Below are positions 7,315 through 12,975 of a stretch of 32,000 bases of DNA, in pieces. Every line of letters starts with the position of its first letter. Position 1 is the stretch's first letter. Origin of the DNA: Candidatus Saccharimonadota bacterium (GTDB taxonomy: Bacteria > Patescibacteriota > Saccharimonadia > Saccharimonadales > UBA4665); assembly GCA_963716945.1 (NCBI GenBank), contig OY970322.1:630001-662000 (forward strand), in the 5' to 3' direction. Position numbers and translations under genes: made by a program. Below the pieces are notes generated by a model that ran no database searches, had not been told where the DNA came from, and was given only the letters and a program-made list of their open reading frames with translations.

Positions 7315-8655
7315 ATGTACCGCCCAGACTTTACAGACTTTGCCCCATATCAGGGTGCGCCTAATGCCGCCGTCGTATCAGGTTTCATTAATTATGGTGC
7401 CAACCACGAGGCAAAAACTGTCCTCAGCGACGTTTATTTGCAGCAGCCAGGCGAGCTGTTGCGCCCAGTAACGGTAGCTAAAACCGTTATCGCCTGGCAA
7501 GGACCTGAGCCCGCGTGGAAGATACCCATTAAAGACGTTATCCAATACAGTGAGCGCAGTTTGGCAAAAGGCGGTATCGTCGAGCCTGGTTTAATCGATG
7601 GTGAACGCGGTCATCAAGTTACTGCCTGGGCAGCAATGGCAAGCCCGGCTGATTTACTGGTGCAGCGGGCCATGGTTGGCTTTTTCAGTAACTGGAGTCT
7701 CGAGTCACCCGAACAATCGGTGCAAAAACTTTATAGGGTTGGCGGTGGTGATCGTGCAAAAGCGCCACTAGTCAGACACCGGCTATATGATTTGCTCTGG
7801 AATAGCACTACTGGTTACTCAATTGAAGGCCTCAACGAAGTCATGGTAAGAGAAGGCCATCACCCAACAACACTGGCAAGGAAGCTTGAGGGTCTGGACC
7901 AGGAAGGGATTATAGAAGTTCGGTCGAAAAGCATCGGTTACAATCCTGTCATGAAAGTCACCGATAGCGAATACCGCCACGTAGCGATCGGCTTCTTAGA
8001 CACTAGCTTGGAAACGCAAGCAGCATATGCTGCCGCTCAAGAACTTGGCATCGACGCCACCATAACTGTTGACGACTTTGTTAATAAGGCTATGGAACAA
8101 ATGCCCGGTGCTGACCCAGTAGTATTACGCAAGTATATAATCGGCAGTTTCAGCGAGGGAACCAATCACTTCCCTGGCTTGCAGCCTGTCGATAGGTTGG
8201 GCATACCGATTTCAGATCTCAGTGTTGTCGAGCTATCTCCTGACGTGCGTCAGGCTGTTGGCGAGCTTGTAATTGGCGTGGGCAAAATTTTAGCCGGCGA
8301 AGGTCTGCTTCCTTATGTTAAGGAAGCGCAAAGAATTATGGGTAACCCCTCGCAAGTGCGCGAGCTAATTGCTAAAGCCGGTAGGTTTTCGGCTGTAAAG
8401 GCTGGGCACTTTCATGGCAGTGAGCGGCTGACTAATCAAATGAGAAGCATTTTGGAAACCGGGCCACAGACTGCTGAGAGTATGAGAGCCGAACTAGTAG
8501 ATCGGTACGGCCGCATGATCGGTCATGAGAGAATACACGCCATTCTGAATGAGCTTGTTAGTACCGAAAACATAGGTACTGCCTATGAACCTGTCCATCC
8601 TCATTCGGCTATCACGCGTAAGGTCTACAAAATGCAGGCTCAGCAGGAAAGCTAG
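7315..8655 (+). CDS. Hypothetical protein (446 aa) with two winged-helix-like segments
   Basis: Long clean ORF. The segments RHRLYDLLWNSTTGYSIEGLNEVMVREGHHPTTLARKLEGLDQEGIIEVRS and QMRSILETGPQTAESMRAELVDRYGRMIGHERIHAILNELV resemble wHTH layouts by eye. No catalytic motif recognised. Confidence 0.75.
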   Translation: MYRPDFTDFAPYQGAPNAAVVSGFINYGANHEAKTVLSDVYLQQPGELLRPVTVAKTVIAWQGPEPAWKIPIKDVIQYSERSLAKGGIVEPGLIDGERGHQVTAWAAMASPADLLVQRAMVGFFSNWSLESPEQSVQKLYRVGGGDRAKAPLVRHRLYDLLWNSTTGYSIEGLNEVMVREGHHPTTLARKLEGLDQEGIIEVRSKSIGYNPVMKVTDSEYRHVAIGFLDTSLETQAAYAAAQELGIDATITVDDFVNKAMEQMPGADPVVLRKYIIGSFSEGTNHFPGLQPVDRLGIPISDLSVVELSPDVRQAVGELVIGVGKILAGEGLLPYVKEAQRIMGNPSQVRELIAKAGRFSAVKAGHFHGSERLTNQMRSILETGPQTAESMRAELVDRYGRMIGHERIHAILNELVSTENIGTAYEPVHPHSAITRKVYKMQAQQES

Positions 8656-8704
8656 GTAGAAGAGCCGGCCACGAAACCTGGCCTGTCTCTGTTGGTGCTT
8701 GGTC

Positions 8705-8734
8705 TGGCTGCCTTTAGTGGACGCACTTCGCAGC
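8705..8734 (-). repeat. Cassette 3' element copy
   Basis: The minus strand reads GCTGCGAAGTGCGTCCACTAAAGGCAGCCA and starts 20 nt after the stop of 8755..9465. It aligns with the copies at 12354-12325, 11919-11889 and 10178-10150. Confidence 0.5.
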
Positions 8735-8754
8735 TTACGTCATGAGTAACCGGA

Positions 8755-9465
8755 TTATCGTGAGGCGATTATCAGTAGACTACCGGCATGACCGCCTAAT
8801 TTTCTTATTATGTCTTCGTGCCTTTCGGCGTTAGTATCGTCGGGCTCGCCAGCTTCGATATCAAATTGAGCCTCGCGCGAAGCGAAGCGCGGCCTTAAGC
8901 CGGCCATCTTTAACATCTCGGCTATGGCTTGGGCATTTCTATCGTAATCAAAAATTACGGCCCGGCCGTCCGGAGCAAGCAGCCTGGCGACTTCGTTGGT
9001 CATAACCTGCTCGTCATGATTATGTTCGCAGCTCGGAGCGGATGATTTATCGTATACGCGGGAAATGTAAACTTCGTTAGCGATCGCGCCGGGCAGGCCA
9101 TACCTTAAATTTTCCTCGGAGGGGTCGTCTAAGTTTCTGCCAAATGACCTTTCCCGTTGGAGGGTTATATTTTCGCCGGCTCTCTGACTTCGCAATCTCT
9201 CAAAAGCGACTTTCGCTCCGAGTTCGTAGTATCCGAAGCTGAAGTTCTCCAGACCTATATAGCGACTTAGCCCGCCGAAATTACGGTTTAAACCGTTGGG
9301 ATGCATGCCGGGACCTATTTCAACCAGGCACCAGACCGGTGCGGCTACTCTGTATTCGGCGTACTCGAATGGATCGATGAGATCGCTTGGATTTATCTCA
9401 AGCGCTTGCCTAATTCCTAATTCCTTGTCGACCGGATTCAAAGCCGCAACCCCAGGCGTTGACAT
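8755..9465 (-). CDS. Probable class I SAM-dependent methyltransferase
   Basis: LVEIGPGMHPNG is motif-I-like, and VARLLAPDGRAVIFDY fits the later MTase strand. I place the start at ATG 9465 (MSTPGVAAL), 6 nt after the module -10. Confidence 0.65.
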   Translation of the reverse strand: MSTPGVAALNPVDKELGIRQALEINPSDLIDPFEYAEYRVAAPVWCLVEIGPGMHPNGLNRNFGGLSRYIGLENFSFGYYELGAKVAFERLRSQRAGENITLQRERSFGRNLDDPSEENLRYGLPGAIANEVYISRVYDKSSAPSCEHNHDEQVMTNEVARLLAPDGRAVIFDYDRNAQAIAEMLKMAGLRPRFASREAQFDIEAGEPDDTNAERHEDIIRKLGGHAGSLLIIASR

Positions 9466-9500
9466 AAACATAAAATACCACAAAACGTGGTATTTGTATA
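9466..9500 (-). promoter_or_regulatory. Cassette promoter module with a perfect 9-bp inverted repeat
   Basis: The minus strand reads TATACAAATACCACGTTTTGTGGTATTTTATGTTT-ATG. The arms AAATACCAC (9495-9487) and GTGGTATTT (9481-9473) are exact reverse complements separated by 5 nt. Confidence 0.55.
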
Positions 9501-9525
9501 GTGATTATGCTTGGCTCAAGATATA

Positions 9526-9561
9526 GGTCTGGGCTAGCTGCCTTTACGTCCCTGGCGCGCC
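9526..9561 (-). repeat. Cassette 3' element, variant copy
   Basis: The minus strand reads GGCGCGCCAGGGACGTAAAGGCAGCTAGCCCAGACC, downstream of the stop of 9581..10042. It shares TAAAGGCAGC..CAGACC with the 8705-8734 copy. Confidence 0.4.
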
Positions 9562-9580
9562 TGATGATTACGTATAGGTA

Positions 9581-10042
9581 CTATTGTACCGGCGGCCAGA
9601 CTTGTTCGGGGTCTCCTTCAATTCGAGCCATAAGTACTTGGTCCATTCCTTGATAGGTTATGCAAGTACTACCGTGAATCGGAAAAGTCGTAAGTCGATC
9701 CCAAGGCATATCAGCCAACTCCGCCGCTCTAGCCAGATGCTCATCCGGACCATAGTCTGATTGTATAAATTCCGCCTTCCATCCTATTTCTCGAGCTACA
9801 CTCTCCAGCGCTTTAGCAAAACCGCCGATTTTAGGCGTAATAAATTCCAAGTTTCTAAAAGCGGCAACAGCAAGCGATGTTTTTATAAGTTCGGCGTTTG
9901 GTAGCCTATCTTCTCCGTTGTCAGTATGGATTTCCAGGATTGCCTTGGCCCACCAAAGTCCTATAGCCTCATATACATCCTTGGCTTCCCCTACGGGCTT
10001 AAGGACTTCTCGTCCGCCTTCAAATCTTGCATCCGCAGCCAT
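9581..10042 (-). CDS. Hypothetical protein (153 aa)
   Basis: ORF 9581..10051 in the track. I place the start at ATG 10042 (MAADARFEGG), downstream of a consensus promoter. Confidence 0.7.
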   Translation of the reverse strand: MAADARFEGGREVLKPVGEAKDVYEAIGLWWAKAILEIHTDNGEDRLPNAELIKTSLAVAAFRNLEFITPKIGGFAKALESVAREIGWKAEFIQSDYGPDEHLARAAELADMPWDRLTTFPIHGSTCITYQGMDQVLMARIEGDPEQVWPPVQ

Positions 10043-10080
10043 AATTATCATATTATATAAAAAACTTCAATAATTGTCAA
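10043..10080 (-). promoter_or_regulatory. Consensus sigma70-type promoter
   Basis: Minus strand: TTGACA (10080-10075), 17 nt, TATAAT (10057-10052), then 9 nt to ATG 10042. Confidence 0.6.
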
Positions 10081-10149
10081 TAATTAAAGGGTAAGATAAA
10101 AAATCCGGCAGCGTGAATGCGGACCGGGTGTTTCGTCGAGTTTGCGATG

Positions 10150-10178
10150 CGGCTCCCCCAGTGGGTGAGCTGCGCAAT
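10150..10178 (-). repeat. Cassette 3' element copy
   Basis: The minus strand reads ATTGCGCAGCTCACCCACTGGGGGAGCCG and starts 3 nt after the stop of 10182..11048. It can form the hairpin GCTCACCC-ACT-GGGGGAGC with one mismatch. Confidence 0.5.
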
Positions 10179-10181
10179 AAC

Positions 10182-11048
10182 TTAGTAAATGGACGGGATT
10201 GCGCGGGCCTGCTCGATTCTATCGATCGCTACTTCGGTACTACCGTCCCAGAAGGCTAGGAGCATTGGCATAATGCTGCCACGCCATCTAACTCCTAGGC
10301 GAAGTGTTGGACAGCCGCTGCCCGAGCTGCATTCTTTGGCCTTTTGTTTGGCCCAGGGCGTTAGATCTACGCTTTCTTGGCGGGCATCTAATACTAAATG
10401 CTCGGGATCTATGACATCATTTGCTCGAGATTCACTCATCAGCCTAGAAGGTATGCCGACAAACTTGCTAAATTCAGGCCGGCCGGGTCTTCCCTCGACA
10501 GTGTCATTTATCATCGCCAGACGAGATATTAATCTGCTGCTATTCCTGACAATTTGTTCATTGGCCGACTGCTCGTAACCACTGTCTTGTAGAAGAAAAT
10601 TAAATATGCTCCGTATAGCTAAATTGGCATCCTGCACGGCTGCACTAGCATTGCGCAGGCAGCCTCTCGCGATGCGGACAGCCTGCTGCTGCGTCGCATC
10701 AATGGAGCCTGCCATGGCCTCCCGGAACGGATTAGTCAATCCATTATCAATTGGGTCCGGAAACCGTCCAAAATAGTAATAATCCCTGCCCATCTCCATC
10801 CAGATAGGTACATATTGGTTCGCAGCTGCACTAGTAGAGCGGCTGAAAACATGATCACTTTTAGACACCGACCTAGCAAGCTCTGACGCAACAGCATAAC
10901 CTAGGGGAGCTAACATGTACGTATCAAAGTCTGGGTAAAGCCGGCCTATTGCATGAGGAGTAGACTTGGCATCTGCTATTCTTTGTTCTAGGTCGTTAGA
11001 AAAAGCTTCTGAGTCAGCAGCTTCTTGCATAAACGCTTCGAAAGCCAT
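10182..11048 (-). CDS. Hypothetical protein (288 aa)
   Basis: ORF 10182..11066 in the track. I place the start at ATG 11048 (MAFEAFMQEAADSE), 6 nt after the module -10. Confidence 0.7.
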   Translation of the reverse strand: MAFEAFMQEAADSEAFSNDLEQRIADAKSTPHAIGRLYPDFDTYMLAPLGYAVASELARSVSKSDHVFSRSTSAAANQYVPIWMEMGRDYYYFGRFPDPIDNGLTNPFREAMAGSIDATQQQAVRIARGCLRNASAAVQDANLAIRSIFNFLLQDSGYEQSANEQIVRNSSRLISRLAMINDTVEGRPGRPEFSKFVGIPSRLMSESRANDVIDPEHLVLDARQESVDLTPWAKQKAKECSSGSGCPTLRLGVRWRGSIMPMLLAFWDGSTEVAIDRIEQARAIPSIY

Positions 11049-11083
11049 AAAAATAAAATACAACAAAAAGCAGTATTTGACAA
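11049..11083 (-). promoter_or_regulatory. Cassette promoter module
   Basis: Minus strand: TTGTCA (11083-11078), 17 nt, TATTTT (11060-11055), then 6 nt to the ATG. It is preceded by AGCC and then GGGAGCCA (11095-11088). Confidence 0.55.
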
Positions 11084-11230
11084 GGCTTGGCTCCCATGAC
11101 GTTGATCAATTGGGACCAGATTAAGTCAGAAATAATAGAGATGTGTCGGGTAGTTAAAACTTCACAGCAGTTTAATATTAAAGAAGCTGAGGGCCGTGGC
11201 TAGAATCCGGGTAAGTATTCAGAGCCGAAG

Positions 11231-11812
11231 TTAAGAACCTACAACTTTACCCGTGCAAATGTTTCTATATTGGCTGGGATTAAAAGTCTGTCCATATTGC
11301 GGGAAATACCATTCAACAGCGTTATAGGACGGTTTGCCCTGGCACATACCTAGATTGAACGCTACGACAGTTGCTTGTTCTGTAGTGCCATCGGCCACAT
11401 CTTCATTACCCATTACGTAGTCAGTCATTCCTGTGCCTGTAGCCTGTGTGCCTCCCCATGACTGCCAGGTTATATTAGTGACTATGCCAGTGGGGTCACC
11501 TCCATTATTGATTATTTGAGGCTTCACGGTGCCGTAACCTTGCTGACCCGTGTCAGGCGGCCCCCATAGCTGCCCAAGTACAGGACTTGGCGTGTTAGTT
11601 GTTGTGTCTGAGCCCTTCTCTGCAGTATTAGAATTGTTGCTGGCAGTAGCCCGCTTTTTGCTTGTAGTTGTAGCGGTTACTGAAATAGGACTTGTTTTGC
11701 GGTCTTTTTGATAAACGTACCAGCCAGCGCCTATTATAAGAACAAGCAGAGCTATTATTGATAAAATGCTAACAACTCCGAAACCTTCTTGTTTACTGTG
11801 ATGTTTGCCCAT
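11231..11812 (-). CDS. Membrane-anchored exported protein (193 aa), unknown function
   Basis: It has an N-terminal TM helix (GFGVVSILSIIALLVLIIGAGWYVY) followed by a Thr/Ser-rich linker. A -10 TACTAT (11825-11820) lies 7 nt before ATG 11812. Confidence 0.75.
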   Translation of the reverse strand: MGKHHSKQEGFGVVSILSIIALLVLIIGAGWYVYQKDRKTSPISVTATTTSKKRATASNNSNTAEKGSDTTTNTPSPVLGQLWGPPDTGQQGYGTVKPQIINNGGDPTGIVTNITWQSWGGTQATGTGMTDYVMGNEDVADGTTEQATVVAFNLGMCQGKPSYNAVEWYFPQYGQTFNPSQYRNICTGKVVGS

Positions 11813-11888
11813 GTCATTTATAGTATCAAACGACCATACTGCAATTGAACCGAATAAATTCCTAGAGATTAATAGAGGCGAGCTTTCC

Positions 11889-11919
11889 TGACTCCCTCCT
11901 AATGGACGAGCTGCGCAAC
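11889..11919 (-). repeat. Cassette 3' element copy
   Basis: The minus strand reads GTTGCGCAGCTCGTCCATTAGGAGGGAGTCA and starts 22 nt after the stop of 11942..12280. Confidence 0.5.
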
Positions 11920-11941
11920 TTTTGTGAAGCAGAATTCATTA

Positions 11942-12280
11942 TTAACTTACATCTGGTGAATGAGGAGGTTCAGGTGCATCAGCAGCATCGAGCAAACGAT
12001 TAAGCTGGTTAATACTTTCTTGTGAACTGAGTCGCTCGATTGCCTCAATGGCAGATTCACCGGTTTGCAAATCTGTTTTTCTATATGGACAAGCCAAGCA
12101 GCCTAGAGTTAAAGCGAGTGTGGCCCTTTGATAATCCGCACTCATTTCGTTATAAGTTATTTCAAAGCCGGTAGGGTATTTGGCACAGACCATATTACCG
12201 TTTGCATTAGAGTATGGTCTTTGTACTACGGCACGTACTTGACAAGTGTCAAACGCTTTTTGAGAGCGACTTTTTTTCAC
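11942..12280 (-). CDS. Hypothetical protein (about 112 aa). The start is ambiguous: GTG 12280, or the conserved ATG 12284, which is out of frame.
   Basis: The ORF body is in the track (11942..12301). The module-positioned ATG 12284 is in the +1 frame relative to the body, across an A7 run (12277-12271). GTG 12280 is the first in-frame start after the promoter. Confidence 0.55.
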   Translation of the reverse strand: MKKSRSQKAFDTCQVRAVVQRPYSNANGNMVCAKYPTGFEITYNEMSADYQRATLALTLGCLACPYRKTDLQTGESAIEAIERLSSQESINQLNRLLDAADAPEPPHSPDVS

Positions 12281-12284
12281 GCAT

Positions 12285-12320
12285 AAAACTAAAAATATCA
12301 CAAAAAGTGATATTTGACAA
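12285..12320 (-). promoter_or_regulatory. Cassette promoter module with a perfect 9-bp inverted repeat
   Basis: Minus strand: TTGTCA (12320-12315), 17 nt, TGTGa-TATTTT (12297-12292), then 7 nt to ATG 12284. The arms AAATATCAC (12315-12307) and GTGATATTT (12301-12293) are exact reverse complements. Confidence 0.55.
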
Positions 12321-12324
12321 GGTA

Positions 12325-12354
12325 TGGCTCCACCTAGTGGACGAGTCTCGCAAC
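12325..12354 (-). repeat. Cassette 3' element copy ending in tRNA-like GGAGCCA
   Basis: The minus strand reads GTTGCGAGACTCGTCCACTAGGTGGAGCCA and starts 10 nt after the stop of 12365..12814. The next promoter module follows after 4 nt. It contains the hairpin TCCAC-TAG-GTGGA. Confidence 0.55.
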
Positions 12355-12364
12355 TGCCAAGTTT

Positions 12365-12814
12365 CTAATATTCTGCTGTTTCATCCTGCGGGAATACCGC
12401 CTTCAATCTTTGAAGAAGAAACCATGCTCGTCTGTCGTCAATGAAATCAGAAAAAGTGCTATTGCAATCCTCATCCATTTCGTCATAGTGCACCCTTCCG
12501 TCATCTTTCAGCGTGATGTGTCCTTCGGCTATTTCATCGTCATGCAGCGAAAGCTGGGCTATGTCGTGATTATTGTAATCCAAAGCCTCGGACGTCTCGG
12601 TCATTAGATAAAATGCATAACGTTTCTGCTCGGGAGCAAATGCCAATCCCGCCAATAGTTTAGGCCGTAACGGCTCAAGTAATATATCAGCTATTCTAGT
12701 GCCAAAGTCTCCCGTGCGGGTTTGGGGATGCTCAAGTGCATTAAATAGGACGAAGTTTCTAAGATCCTGAAGATAATCGCCTTCAAAACGGGGAGCTTCA
12801 TAGACATCCGGCAT
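12365..12814 (-). CDS. Hypothetical acidic protein (149 aa)
   Basis: ORF with ATG 12814, 6 nt after the module -10. It is the first gene after the tRNA. Confidence 0.7.
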   Translation of the reverse strand: MPDVYEAPRFEGDYLQDLRNFVLFNALEHPQTRTGDFGTRIADILLEPLRPKLLAGLAFAPEQKRYAFYLMTETSEALDYNNHDIAQLSLHDDEIAEGHITLKDDGRVHYDEMDEDCNSTFSDFIDDRRAWFLLQRLKAVFPQDETAEY

Positions 12815-12849
12815 AAAACTAAAATACCATAAAAAGTGATATTTGGCAA
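12815..12849 (-). promoter_or_regulatory. Cassette promoter module abutting the tRNA
   Basis: Minus strand: TTGCCA (12849-12844), 17 nt, TATGg-TATTTT (12826-12821), then 6 nt to ATG 12814. The -35 box begins only 4 nt after the tRNA CCA end. Confidence 0.55.
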
Positions 12850-12853
12850 TTTA

Positions 12854-12928
12854 TGGCTCCGGGGACTGGATTCGAACCAGCGACCTAGGCGTTAACAGCG
12901 CCCCGCTCTACCGCTGAGCTACCCCGGA
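12854..12928 (-). tRNA. tRNA-Asn (anticodon GTT), 75 nt, CCA encoded
   Basis: I folded it by hand. The parts are: acceptor TCCGGGG/CCCCGGA, D-arm GCTC-AGCGGTA-GAGC, anticodon arm GGGCG-CTGTTAA-CGCCT, variable AGGTC, T-arm GCTGG-TTCGAAT-CCAGT, discriminator G, then CCA. Confidence 0.93.
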
Positions 12929-12947
12929 ATAGTGATTGAACTTGTCT

Positions 12948-12975
12948 ATTCTAACGGCTTAATAACAGATTGTAA
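12948..12975 (-). promoter_or_regulatory. Possible tRNA-Asn promoter
   Basis: Minus strand: TTACAA (12975-12970), 16 nt, TAGAAT (12953-12948), about 19 nt upstream of the mature tRNA 5' end. Confidence 0.3.

Larger units (their letters stand above)
7206..12853 (-). mobile_element. Putative tRNA-Asn-associated accretion island / cassette array, bounded by the tRNA 3' end and its 24-nt direct repeat
   Basis: Direct repeats at both ends. The interval is AT-richer by eye than the flanking housekeeping genes. It contains internal re-copies of GGAGCCA plus the promoter module. No integrase gene lies inside. Confidence 0.45.

Noticed and set aside
11197-11212. The minus strand reads ACCCGGATTCTAGCCA downstream of gene 11231..11812, a possible extra tRNA-end relic (CCCGGA..GCCA)
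   Set aside because: The match requires a 5-nt insertion and covers few bases. It is too weak to count as a copy.
12271-12284. Classical -1 programmed ribosomal frameshift on the A AAA AAG heptamer
   Set aside because: The -1 frame hits TAG after about 14 codons. The long ORF is in the +1 frame, so a dnaX-style -1 shift cannot join the ATG to the ORF body.
7156-12853. CRISPR array or classical prophage/ICE interpretation of the repeated junctions
   Set aside because: The repeats are 0.5-2.3 kb apart and enclose full ORFs with promoters, which is not CRISPR spacing. No integrase, capsid, terminase, conjugation or cas genes are present.
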